In this document: positions 43,921 through 53,340 of the stretch, in pieces
Layout: each line of letters starts with the position of its first letter
Numbering within the stretch: the first letter of the stretch is position 1
From: Eubacteriales bacterium
Lineage (GTDB): Bacteria > Bacillota > Clostridia > Oscillospirales > CAG-272
Length of the DNA: 64,000 nucleotides
Assembly (NCBI GenBank): GCA_045643945.1
Contig: JAZRGA010000071.1
Location: 5,891-69,890, forward strand
Direction of reading: 5' to 3'
The notes under the pieces: model-generated
What the model was told of the DNA's origin: nothing
Seen by the model: the letters and a program-made list of their open reading frames with translations, nothing else
Database searches by the model: none
Program-made: the position numbers and the translations under genes

Positions 43921-43969
43921 AAAAGACGGTTCTTTAAGGGCAAAATCCTTGTAAGAATCGTCTTTTTTT
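43921..43969 (+). terminator. Intrinsic terminator after 42030..43850
   Basis: Stem AAGACGGTTCTT/AAGAATCGTCTT followed by T7. Confidence 0.75.
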
Positions 43970-44085
43970 CAAAAAGGTAGCAAAAAGAAACTCCTTTTTA
44001 TGGGCTCTGCCCAGACCCGCAAGCTTTTGAAAAAGCTTGACCAAAACTTTCACGCGTGGGTGCAGTGCGAGCATAGTGCGTTCAA
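43970..44085 (-). repeat. Copy of the intergenic repeat family (inverted relative to the 53.3-kb copy)
   Basis: 43978-44060 is 78/83 identical to the reverse complement of 53374-53456. It contains the perfect hairpin CAAGCTTTT/AAAAGCTTG (44020-44039). Confidence 0.85.
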
Positions 44086-44999
44086 TCGTTGAGGGCTTTT
44101 ACCTCTCTCGCAAAAGAAATAATCCTATCAAGGCGGCGATTGAGTCCCGACTTTGATATACTTGGCTCGTGAAGTGCCGCAAGCTCGGAAAGCGATACCG
44201 AAGCATTTTCGCATCGAAGCTTTGCGGTATATTTTAAATCCTCGCTCAAAGAATTAAAGCGACCCTTCGATTTCAAATACTCGATAGCCTCTATCTGCGT
44301 TCTCGCCGCGTCGACCGATTTTTTTATATTTTTCAGTACGCAATTAGTTGCGCGGTTTTCTCTATTCTTTATATCGTGGTCAACAAAAACATCAAGTGCC
44401 ACACTATACGAGGAATTAGCGCCCATATAAGCAAGAACATCGCAAATATTTTCATTTCCTCTATAATATAAGCCTATCTTAGTAGAGCGCTCGATATATG
44501 ACGGCTCTCCTGTTTTTGACGCAAGAAAGACATTAAGCCACATAGCGCGCATCCTGCCCTTTACGCTAAATTCAAGCGAATATCTTTTTTGAGGGTCGGT
44601 AGCCGTTCCCAAAGCAACGAAAACACCCGCAAGAAAATACATTTCACAATAGCATTTATCGTTAAATCCAACGATTTTCCCAAGCTTATCGACGCTCACT
44701 GATTCCGCTCCGTCTAAGCTTTCTAAGTATGTAGCCAGCATTTTAGAGTTAACCGTAACCCAAAACATATGCCGCCCCGCTCTGACGATAGGCTCAACCG
44801 TTGGCTCTAAGGAAAATTGCTTTTTTAATATATTAGCCGCTAAATTTGCGCTTTGCTCGGTTTTAAGCTCTGCCCTTATTTCGGTTTTAAATATCTTCTC
44901 CGCACCGAAAAAAAGACCGAATAAAAAGGATTTTTTGCAGCAAACCTTATCAGGCTCACGCTCGGTAAGCTCATTTATTATATCTAAAGTAAACGACAT
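44082..44999 (-). CDS. whiA: DNA-binding sporulation/cell-division regulator WhiA
   Basis: 305 aa from MSFTLDIINELTE. LAGLIDADG-like degenerate domains and a C-terminal HTH (SKSGLNRRLDRI). The start overlaps the murB stop (TGATG). Confidence 0.85.
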   Translation of the reverse strand: MSFTLDIINELTEREPDKVCCKKSFLFGLFFGAEKIFKTEIRAELKTEQSANLAANILKKQFSLEPTVEPIVRAGRHMFWVTVNSKMLATYLESLDGAESVSVDKLGKIVGFNDKCYCEMYFLAGVFVALGTATDPQKRYSLEFSVKGRMRAMWLNVFLASKTGEPSYIERSTKIGLYYRGNENICDVLAYMGANSSYSVALDVFVDHDIKNRENRATNCVLKNIKKSVDAARTQIEAIEYLKSKGRFNSLSEDLKYTAKLRCENASVSLSELAALHEPSISKSGLNRRLDRIISFAREVKALND

Positions 45000-45898
45000 C
45001 ACAAGTCCTCTATAAGTCTGACCTCTCGGCAAAGCATAACGCCCTGCTCGCTCATAACTCTTTCCTTAATTTTATTTTCAAGCGCAAGAACGTCATAAAA
45101 GCTTGCGCTCCCTACGTTAACTATAAATCCCGCGTGCTTTGGCGAAACCATAGCATCTCCGACCCTCTCGCCCTTAAGACCGCACACCTCTATCAATCTA
45201 CCCGCAAAATCCCCCTCAGGGCGCTTAAAATAGCTGCCCGCGCTTGGAAGCTCGATAGGCTGAGATGCTTTGCGCTTATCTAAATTTTCTCGCATTTTTT
45301 CTGCAATATCCTTCCCATTTCCAAATCGTAAACGCATCGACGCTCCAAGACAAACAAGGGTAGGCTCGTTAAGATAAACGCTTTCTCTGTATCCATAGCC
45401 GTGATTGTAAATTCGTATTCTCTCACCGCTCTTAAGGTCGAGCGCATCGGTAAACTCGATAATTTCCGACATTGACGAGCCATGTGCGCCCGCATTCATA
45501 ACCGCAGCACCTCCCACACGCGCAGGAATCCCGCAAGCAAATTCAAGCCCCGAAAGAGAATTTTCCTTAGCGATATTTGACATACGGACAAGCGACGCGC
45601 CGCACTCTGCGTAAATACGCTCGCCGTCAACAGAATAGCCGTCAACGCCCGAGGTAAAAATCAGCGCTCCGTTATATTTTTCAAAGGCAAACAGAATATT
45701 TGAAGCGTTTCCTATTATTTCAAGCCTTATTCCAAGTCTATATACCGCAAGAGTCGCCTTACAAAGCTCCTCCACTGTGCTTGGAAATATAGCGATAGCG
45801 GCAACGCCCCCTATTTTAAAGCTTGAGCGTGAGGCAACCGATACGTCCGTTGAATATTTTATATTATTTTCCGTCAAAAATGCTTCAAGTCTATTCAT
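44999..45898 (-). CDS. murB: UDP-N-acetylenolpyruvoylglucosamine reductase
   Basis: 299 aa. FAD-binding FKIGG, GNASNILF, and PSAGSYFKRP. Confidence 0.9.
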   Translation of the reverse strand: MNRLEAFLTENNIKYSTDVSVASRSSFKIGGVAAIAIFPSTVEELCKATLAVYRLGIRLEIIGNASNILFAFEKYNGALIFTSGVDGYSVDGERIYAECGASLVRMSNIAKENSLSGLEFACGIPARVGGAAVMNAGAHGSSMSEIIEFTDALDLKSGERIRIYNHGYGYRESVYLNEPTLVCLGASMRLRFGNGKDIAEKMRENLDKRKASQPIELPSAGSYFKRPEGDFAGRLIEVCGLKGERVGDAMVSPKHAGFIVNVGSASFYDVLALENKIKERVMSEQGVMLCREVRLIEDL

Positions 45899-46043
45899 CT
45901 AACCTCTCCCGTAAAAATTCTGTCTATTTACACCGTACTATTTATATTATACTATTTTTTTTGCCTTTTTTCAAGAAAAAACACAAATAAAGGAAAATAA
46001 TTAAAAAACTTTCCTTTTATTATTTTTTCTCTTGAATTTTCTA

Positions 46044-46072
46044 TTGAAAAATCCGCAAAAATGAGTTATAAT
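46044..46072 (+). promoter_or_regulatory. Sigma-A type promoter for the coaE-slt-aminopeptidase unit
   Basis: TTGAAA, a 17-nt spacer, then TATAAT. Confidence 0.45.
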
Positions 46073-46134
46073 ATAAATTGAATTATTATATATATTTGAA
46101 GAAATGTATATAAATACAATGAAAGGGGGATATT

Positions 46135-46740
46135 ATGAAGATACTTGGACTCACAGGACCTTCGGGTGCGGGAAAAACCTTATTTTCGTTTTTTCTTTGC
46201 GCTAAAGGATGTCCTTGCATTAACGCCGACGAGCTTTATCACTCGATGCTCATTCCCCCGTCAAAGCTGCTTGATGCGATAAGACGTGAATTTGGCGACT
46301 CCTTTTTCAACGAGAACGGCGAGCTTGACCGCAAGGCGCTTGGCAGACTTGTATTTTCAAGCAAGGAAAGCCTTGACAAGCTTAACGCAACAGTTCTTCC
46401 GGCAGTTATAGAAAAAATGCAGGATATTGCGGCATCCTATGAAAAAAACGGCGCAAGGCTACTCATAATCGACGCCCCTACGCTTTTCGAAGCGGGATAT
46501 GATAAAAGCTGCGACCTTACGGTATCAATTCTCGCCCCTGCCTCGATTCGAATAGAAAGAATTTCCGAGCGCGACGATATAAGCATTGACGATGCAATAC
46601 TCAGAACAAGCGCTCAAAAGGACGATAGCTTTTACCGTGAGCGCTCCGACCGAATTATATTAAACGATTCCGACGAAAATGCGCTAAAGGAAAAGGCGCT
46701 CGCCCTACTCAACGAAATTTTAGGCGAGGATGCGCTATGA
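46135..46740 (+). CDS. coaE: Dephospho-CoA kinase
   Basis: 201 aa. P-loop GLTGPSGAGKT. Confidence 0.85.
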   Translation: MKILGLTGPSGAGKTLFSFFLCAKGCPCINADELYHSMLIPPSKLLDAIRREFGDSFFNENGELDRKALGRLVFSSKESLDKLNATVLPAVIEKMQDIAASYEKNGARLLIIDAPTLFEAGYDKSCDLTVSILAPASIRIERISERDDISIDDAILRTSAQKDDSFYRERSDRIILNDSDENALKEKALALLNEILGEDAL

Positions 46741-47324
46741 GCAGTCGCAAAAGAACTCTTATAATCGTTGCGATACTTCTCACCTCTATGCTTATAAGCC
46801 TTATCGCAAATCTTACGGTAAGCCTTGTGCAGAAAGGCTCATATCCAAGAAAATACAGTGAATTTGTAGAAAAATACGCATCTGAATACAACGTCCCCGA
46901 ATATATAATCTATTCCGTAATAAGCACCGAGAGTGACTTTGAGCCAAAGAAAAAATCAAGCTCTGGCGCATACGGACTTATGCAGACAGATGCAAGCACT
47001 CTAAAGCTTCTTTCCTCATACGAGCATCTTAACGAAAAGGTAGCCCTCGAGGACCTCAGCGACCCCGACATCGCCATACGGTACGGCACTTATTATCTTC
47101 GATATCTTTTTGATAAATTTCATAAATGGAACGTCGCCTTTGCCGCATACAATACGAGCGAGGCTCAAGTGCTTGAGTGGCTCAATGACACCGAATACTC
47201 AAAGGACGGAGCTACTCTTAAAAAAATTCCCGATAAGGATACCCGTCAATATTTAAAAAAGCTAAACAAAGCAATCGATTATTATAAGAAAACATATTAT
47301 AGAAACGGAGTAAGTGTAAAATGA
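46737..47324 (+). CDS. Membrane-anchored lytic transglycosylase (SLT domain)
   Basis: ESDFEP...GAYGLMQ and AYNTSE motifs. ATGA overlap with coaE. Confidence 0.8.
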   Translation: MSSRKRTLIIVAILLTSMLISLIANLTVSLVQKGSYPRKYSEFVEKYASEYNVPEYIIYSVISTESDFEPKKKSSSGAYGLMQTDASTLKLLSSYEHLNEKVALEDLSDPDIAIRYGTYYLRYLFDKFHKWNVAFAAYNTSEAQVLEWLNDTEYSKDGATLKKIPDKDTRQYLKKLNKAIDYYKKTYYRNGVSVK

Positions 47325-48703
47325 ATAATGAATTAAGCTACAAAAAAGAAACGGTTTATAAAAAAACAGACAAAGCAAATATAGAGGCGGCATTTGAATA
47401 CGCAGAGGGCTACAAAGCATTCCTCAATGCCGCAAAGACAGAGCGTGAGGCGGTAAAGGTCGCTATCGATATGCTCACCCCTTACGGCTTCAAGGAATAC
47501 AATTTTGGTGACAGTATAAGCGTTGGCGACAGACTTTACTACAACAACCGCGGAAAAAATCTTTTCGTTTTTACGATAGGCAGTGAAAGCCTTAAAAACG
47601 GATTAAGAATTACCGCATCTCACATCGACGCTCCCCGTCTTGACATCAAACAATGCCCCGTTTACGAGGATAGCGGTATCGTTTATTTTAAGACCCACTA
47701 TTACGGCGGTATTCGCAAATATCAATGGGTCGCAACCCCTCTTGCGCTTCACGGTGTAGTTATTACGAAGGACCTCCGCACTATTGACGTTTGCATAGGC
47801 GAGGACGAGTCCGACCCGATATTCTACATCACCGACCTTCTTCCTCACCTTGCAAAAGAGCAAAGCAAGCTCTCTCTTTCCGAGGGAATTAAGGGCGAGC
47901 AGCTTAACGTAATTCTTGGAAATATGCCCAACAGTGACGAGGCAGACAAGGACGATGAAAGCGTAAAGACGGCAATTCTCAAGCTTTTAAACGAGAAATA
48001 CGGCATAATAGAGGCAGATTTCCTTTCCTCCGAGCTTTGCGTTGTTCCCGCTCTTAAGGCACGCGACGTAGGCTTTGACCGCTCGCTTATCGGCTCTTAC
48101 GGTCACGATGACAGAGTTTGCGCATATCCCTCTCTTACTGCGCTCATCGAGTCCCTCGACTCCAAGCACTCGATTATGTGCATACTTGCCGACAAGGAGG
48201 AAACAGGAAGCGACGGTGCAAGCGGTATGCAAAGCGACCTTATGCTCGATATCATAAACGAAATCGCTCTTGCCTTCAACATCTCTCCCGCACTCCTCAG
48301 AGCAAAATCTAAATGCCTCTCGGCAGACGTTTGCGCAGGCTTTGACCCCAACTTCCCCGAGGTATTTGAAAAAATGAACTCGGCATTCTTAGGCTGCGGA
48401 GCGGTATTCACCAAATACACGGGTGGCGGTGGAAAATACGATACCAACGATGCAAACGCAGAATTTGTAGCTTGGCTTCGTGCCGCTATGGAAAAGGATA
48501 ACGTGGTATGGCAATCCGCAGAGCTTGGAAAGGTTGATGCGGGTGGCGGTGGAACCGTTGCTAAATATATTTCAAAGCACAACATCGAAACCATTGACCT
48601 CGGTGTTCCGCTTCTCGCTATGCACGCCCCCTATGAGCTTGCCGCAAAGGTAGACGTTTACGAAACGCACAGAGCGGTCAAAGCGTTCTACAATTTTGAT
48701 TAA
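47321..48703 (+). CDS. M18-family aminopeptidase
   Basis: 460 aa. ITASHIDAPRLDIK, GHDDRVCAY and DKEETGSDG motifs. Confidence 0.8.
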   Translation: MNNELSYKKETVYKKTDKANIEAAFEYAEGYKAFLNAAKTEREAVKVAIDMLTPYGFKEYNFGDSISVGDRLYYNNRGKNLFVFTIGSESLKNGLRITASHIDAPRLDIKQCPVYEDSGIVYFKTHYYGGIRKYQWVATPLALHGVVITKDLRTIDVCIGEDESDPIFYITDLLPHLAKEQSKLSLSEGIKGEQLNVILGNMPNSDEADKDDESVKTAILKLLNEKYGIIEADFLSSELCVVPALKARDVGFDRSLIGSYGHDDRVCAYPSLTALIESLDSKHSIMCILADKEETGSDGASGMQSDLMLDIINEIALAFNISPALLRAKSKCLSADVCAGFDPNFPEVFEKMNSAFLGCGAVFTKYTGGGGKYDTNDANAEFVAWLRAAMEKDNVVWQSAELGKVDAGGGGTVAKYISKHNIETIDLGVPLLAMHAPYELAAKVDVYETHRAVKAFYNFD

Positions 48704-48731
48704 TATATAAAAAGGAAAATAAAAAATCAAT

Positions 48732-49802
48732 ATGACAGAAAAGCTTAACGACGCAGAAAAAAGATATATAGCAATCGAGGAGGAGCTTTCACTTCCCGAA
48801 ACCTTTTCAAATCAAGAAAAATATGCGTCATTAATGAAGGAGTACAAGACACTGACTCCTATAATTGAGAAATTCAGAGAATACAAAGCCACCGAAAAGG
48901 AGTGTGCCGACCTGAAATCTATGCTTGACGAGCCTCTTGACTCGGATATGCGTGAGCTTGCAAGCGCAGAGCTTAAGGAGGCAAAGGTACGCCTTGACGA
49001 GCTTTTTGAGGAGCTTAAGGTACTTCTTCTTCCCCGTGACCCCAACGACGATAAAAACGTAATGGTCGAGATACGAAGCGGCGCGGGCGGTGAGGAAGCG
49101 GCTCTCTTTGCGGCGGTCCTTTACAGAATGTACTCTATGTACGCAGAGGCGGCAGGCTTTAAAACCTCTCTTATGAACGCCAACGAAACCGAGCTTGGCG
49201 GATTTCGTGAGGTAACCTTTATGATAGAGGGTGACGGTGCTTATTCAAGATTTAAGTTTGAAAGCGGTGTTCACCGTGTTCAAAGAGTACCCGAAACCGA
49301 GTCGCAGGGCAGAATCCAGACATCTACCGCAACCGTTGCGGTTCTTCCCGAGGCGGAGGACGTCGAGGTAGAGATAAACCCTGCGGATATAGTGGTAGAA
49401 TCCTGCAAATCAAGCGGTGCGGGCGGTCAGCACATCAACAAAACCGAATCGGCAGTCCGCATCACTCACAAGCCTACGGGTATTATAATTGAATGTCAAG
49501 AGGAGCGAAGCCAATTTAAAAACCGTGATAAAGCGTTAAAGATGCTCAAAACCAAGCTTTACGATATTAAGCTTACCGAGCAAAACGAAAAAATCGCATC
49601 CGACAGAAAAAATCAAGTCGGCACAGGCGACCGAAGCGAGCGCATACGCACCTACAATTACCCTCAAGGGCGCATAACCGACCACAGAATAGGTCTTACA
49701 CTTTATTCACTTCAAGCCTTTCTTGACGGAAATATCGGTGCTATGATAGATGCTCTCATAACTGCCGACACCGCAGAAAAGCTTAAAAACAACGCAACCT
49801 AA
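48732..49802 (+). CDS. prfA: Peptide chain release factor 1
   Basis: 356 aa. GGQ motif (SGAGGQHINKTES) and a PxT-type anticodon motif (PET). Confidence 0.9.
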   Translation: MTEKLNDAEKRYIAIEEELSLPETFSNQEKYASLMKEYKTLTPIIEKFREYKATEKECADLKSMLDEPLDSDMRELASAELKEAKVRLDELFEELKVLLLPRDPNDDKNVMVEIRSGAGGEEAALFAAVLYRMYSMYAEAAGFKTSLMNANETELGGFREVTFMIEGDGAYSRFKFESGVHRVQRVPETESQGRIQTSTATVAVLPEAEDVEVEINPADIVVESCKSSGAGGQHINKTESAVRITHKPTGIIIECQEERSQFKNRDKALKMLKTKLYDIKLTEQNEKIASDRKNQVGTGDRSERIRTYNYPQGRITDHRIGLTLYSLQAFLDGNIGAMIDALITADTAEKLKNNAT

Positions 49803-49824
49803 TCTTAAAAGAAAAGGCGATAAA

Positions 49825-50859
49825 ATGCAGACTCAAATAATAAATATCTCTCCCGAAAAAATAGATAACGAAAAAATAACTCAATGCGCAGATATTCTTT
49901 GCCGTGGCGGACTCGTTGCTTTTCCAACCGAAACGGTTTACGGTCTTGGCGCACTTGCAACCGATGCGAATGCGGCTAAAAAGATATATGAGGCAAAGGG
50001 CAGACCGTCGGATAATCCGCTTATAATTCATATAGCAGACCCATCCGACGCTGAGCGCTACGCCTACACCTGCCCCCTATATTATAAGCTTGCCGATGCA
50101 TTTATGCCAGGTCCATTGACGGTTATTCTACCTAAAAAAAGCACTGTCCCCAATGAGGTTACAGGCGGACTTGACACCGTTGCTATTCGTTGCCCCGCGC
50201 ATCCGATAGCTAAAGCTATTATCGAAGCCGCAGACACCGCAATAGCCGCTCCGTCGGCAAATCTTTCGGGTAGTCCCTCACCAACCGAGGGTGCGCACGT
50301 CATAGCCGACCTTAACGGCAGAATTGAAACAATCGTTGACGGTGGCTCTGCCGAAATTGGACTTGAATCGACTATTGTAAAAATAGACGGCGACTCACTC
50401 ACACTGCTTCGTCCGGGCGCAATAACCCGTGACGCTCTGCTCTGCGTATGCGAGAGGGTAGACGTTGCACGTGCGGTGACTGCGGCTCTCGCAGAAAACG
50501 AAAAGCCACTTTCCCCCGGTATGAAATACCGTCACTATGCGCCAAACGCTCCGCTCGTTCTTCTTGACGGAAACAGTGATGATATATTATCCTTTGTTTT
50601 AGAGCAAAGCAAAAGCGAGCGTTGTCTTATGCTTGCTTACACCGAGGAAATTCCGCATTTAAACGGAGTTACCGCAATAGACGTCGGTGCTTCGGACGAT
50701 CTCCAAACGCAAGCTAAAAGGCTTTTCTCGGCTCTCAGGAGCGCAAACGAGCTTGAGCTTGATAAAATCTATGCGCATCTTCCCACCCAAAGCGGCTTGG
50801 GACTTGCGCTCTATAACCGAATGATACGCGCCGCGGCACATACGGTTATGAAAATTTAA
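49825..50859 (+). CDS. tsaC: L-threonylcarbamoyladenylate synthase (Sua5/YwlC type, with Sua5 C-terminal domain)
   Basis: FPTETVYGLGA and KGRPSDNPLIIHI motifs. Confidence 0.85.
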   Translation: MQTQIINISPEKIDNEKITQCADILCRGGLVAFPTETVYGLGALATDANAAKKIYEAKGRPSDNPLIIHIADPSDAERYAYTCPLYYKLADAFMPGPLTVILPKKSTVPNEVTGGLDTVAIRCPAHPIAKAIIEAADTAIAAPSANLSGSPSPTEGAHVIADLNGRIETIVDGGSAEIGLESTIVKIDGDSLTLLRPGAITRDALLCVCERVDVARAVTAALAENEKPLSPGMKYRHYAPNAPLVLLDGNSDDILSFVLEQSKSERCLMLAYTEEIPHLNGVTAIDVGASDDLQTQAKRLFSALRSANELELDKIYAHLPTQSGLGLALYNRMIRAAAHTVMKI

Positions 50860-50905
50860 ATAATATTACAAACCCTTACATAAAAAATTTAAGGACGGAA
50901 AACAG

Positions 50906-53173
50906 ATGGCAAAAAAGACACAAAGGTCTTCAAAGGCTACAAAGGGGTCGAGCCTTAAAGACGCATCCGAGATAGTATACGCCCCCGCGCAAGAGCAGCT
51001 TATAACCGACACGATAGAAAAAAACTATATGCCCTACGTTATGAGCGTTATAGTTTCTCGCGCAATCCCCGAGATAGACGGACTTAAGCCCTCACACAGA
51101 AAGCTTCTTTATACAATGTATAAAATGGGACTCTTGACGGGCCCCCGAACAAAAAGCGCGAACGTCGTGGGACAGACGATGAAGCTTAACCCTCACGGCG
51201 ATATGGCGATTTATGAAACGCTTGTGCGACTTACACGCGGAAATGAATCGCTTCTCCATCCGCTCGTTGACTCCAAGGGAAGCTTTGGTAAGCAATATTC
51301 ATCAAATATGAGCTTTGCCGCATCCCGTTATACCGAGGTCAAGCTTGATAGCTTCTGCGCAGAGCTTTTCCGAGGAATAGACAAGGACGCAGTGGATTTT
51401 ATCGACAACTATGATAACACTATGAAAGAGCCGACGCTTCTTCCCACTACGTTTCCTAATATTCTCGTGACACCGAATATGGGTATTGCGGTCGGTATGG
51501 CATCGAATATATGCTCCTTTAACCTTGCGGAAATATGCGACGGAACTATTGCAATACTTAAAAATCCCAAGGTTTCGATGGATAAAATACTCGATATAGT
51601 AAAAGCCCCCGATTTTCCCGGAGGCGGCGCTATAATTTATAACCGTGACGATATGCGAAAGGTCTATGAAACAGGCTCAGGCTCGATAAAAATTCGCTCA
51701 CGCTATAATTACGATAAGGCAAATAACTGTATAGATATAATTCAAATCCCCTACTCTACCTCTATCGAGATGATTCTCAATAAGATATCCGATCTCGTTA
51801 AGGAGGGCAAGCTTAAGGAGGTAGTTGATTTCCGTGACGAAATCGACCTTAGCGGCTTTAAGCTTACTCTCGACCTCCGACGTGGCGTTGACCCCGACAA
51901 GCTTATGGCAAAGCTCTTTAAAATGACTCCTCTTGAGGATAGCTTTAAGTGCAACTTTAACGTGCTTGTCAACTCAAGACCTATGCAGCTTGGTATCGTT
52001 GATATACTTAAGGCGTGGATAGAATTTAGAATTTCCTGCGTTCGCAGAGAGCTTACCTATGACTTAAAGAAGAAGCAGGACAAGCTTCATCTTCTCTTAG
52101 GTCTTGGAAAAATTCTTCTCGACATCGACAAGGCGATACGCATAATCAGGCACACCGAAAAGGAGGAGGACGTTATCCCCAACCTTATGTCGGGCTTCGG
52201 AATTGATGAAATTCAAGCCGATTATATTGCGGAAATCAAGCTTCGCAATCTTAATAAGCAGTATATAATCAACCGTATTAACGAAATCGAAAGCTTGCAG
52301 GCTGAAATCGCAAAAATCGAGGAAATTCTTGCAGACGAGCTTAAAATCAAGGCTCTTATTTCCTCTCAGCTTACAGAAATTAAGAAAAAATACGGACAAC
52401 CCCGTCGCTCGCAAATTCTTCATACCGACGATATCGTCGAATATGAGGAAAGCAACGAGGTTGAAAACTACAACGTACGCCTTTATCTTTCCAAGGAGGG
52501 ATATTTTAAGAAGATAACGCTTCAATCCTTGCGTGGAAATGACGAGCAGAAGCTTAAGGAGGGCGACGTAATAACTCAATCCTTTGATGCCGAAAATATT
52601 TCGGATATCATATTCGTAACCAACAAGTGCCAGATATTCCGCGCTAAGGTTGCGGATTTCGATTGCTGCAAGGCATCGGCTATGGGTGACTTCCTCCCCG
52701 CAAAGCTCGGCATGGAGGAGGGTGAGTGTCCCATATTTATGAGGCTTCAGGCAAGCTATCCCGAGAACGAAAGCTTTGTTTACATTTTTGAAAACGGCAA
52801 GGGCGTTCGTGTTCCCGCAAGTGCTTATGAAACAAAGGGCAACCGCAAAAAGCTCGTAAACGCTTATTCCTCGGCTTCTCCAATCTGCGGAGTATTCTAT
52901 GAAAGCGAGAAAGAGCCGTTTGATATACTCCTCGTTAGCGCCGCAGAAAAGGCAATCGTTATAAAGACCTCGCTAATTCCTCAAAAAACGACACGCACGT
53001 CGGGCGGTGTAACTCTTATGACCTTGAAGAAAAACGATAAATTAACGTTTGCAACCGCAAATATTCCCGAATCGTACGCAAAAGGCTACAAGAAGCTCAA
53101 AATTCCTGCAAGCGGAGTAACTATTCCCGACAGTGACCTGTCAGCGCTCCAGCTCTCATTTGATACTAATTAA
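50906..53173 (+). CDS. parC: Type IIA topoisomerase subunit A (ParC-like; no GyrA box seen)
   Basis: 755 aa. Catalytic Tyr context FAASRYTEVKL and GLKPSHRKLLY. No B-subunit gene is adjacent. Confidence 0.75.
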   Translation: MAKKTQRSSKATKGSSLKDASEIVYAPAQEQLITDTIEKNYMPYVMSVIVSRAIPEIDGLKPSHRKLLYTMYKMGLLTGPRTKSANVVGQTMKLNPHGDMAIYETLVRLTRGNESLLHPLVDSKGSFGKQYSSNMSFAASRYTEVKLDSFCAELFRGIDKDAVDFIDNYDNTMKEPTLLPTTFPNILVTPNMGIAVGMASNICSFNLAEICDGTIAILKNPKVSMDKILDIVKAPDFPGGGAIIYNRDDMRKVYETGSGSIKIRSRYNYDKANNCIDIIQIPYSTSIEMILNKISDLVKEGKLKEVVDFRDEIDLSGFKLTLDLRRGVDPDKLMAKLFKMTPLEDSFKCNFNVLVNSRPMQLGIVDILKAWIEFRISCVRRELTYDLKKKQDKLHLLLGLGKILLDIDKAIRIIRHTEKEEDVIPNLMSGFGIDEIQADYIAEIKLRNLNKQYIINRINEIESLQAEIAKIEEILADELKIKALISSQLTEIKKKYGQPRRSQILHTDDIVEYEESNEVENYNVRLYLSKEGYFKKITLQSLRGNDEQKLKEGDVITQSFDAENISDIIFVTNKCQIFRAKVADFDCCKASAMGDFLPAKLGMEEGECPIFMRLQASYPENESFVYIFENGKGVRVPASAYETKGNRKKLVNAYSSASPICGVFYESEKEPFDILLVSAAEKAIVIKTSLIPQKTTRTSGGVTLMTLKKNDKLTFATANIPESYAKGYKKLKIPASGVTIPDSDLSALQLSFDTN

Positions 53174-53187
53174 TACAGAGGTGCATT

Positions 53188-53283
53188 ATGAACAAAAAAA
53201 CTCTACGCATAGTCTGCTTTATCCTTGCGGGACTTATGATACTCGGTATCGTCGCAGGCGCTCTTATGTCGCTTTTAGGGTAA
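53188..53283 (+). CDS. 31-aa hydrophobic micro-protein (hypothetical)
   Basis: My own read: AGAGGTG, 5 nt, then ATG, giving MNKKTLRIVCFILAGLMILGIVAGALMSLLG*. A strong terminator follows. It is too short for the ORF track. Confidence 0.35.
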   Translation: MNKKTLRIVCFILAGLMILGIVAGALMSLLG

Positions 53284-53295
53284 TTACAAAAGCTT

Positions 53296-53326
53296 AAAAG
53301 AACTCTCTACGGAGGGTTCTTTTTTG
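53296..53326 (+). terminator. Intrinsic terminator after the parC-like gene and micro-ORF
   Basis: AAAAGAACTCTCT-ACG-GAGGGTTCTTTTTT. Confidence 0.8.
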
Positions 53327-53340
53327 ATATAATGATTATG

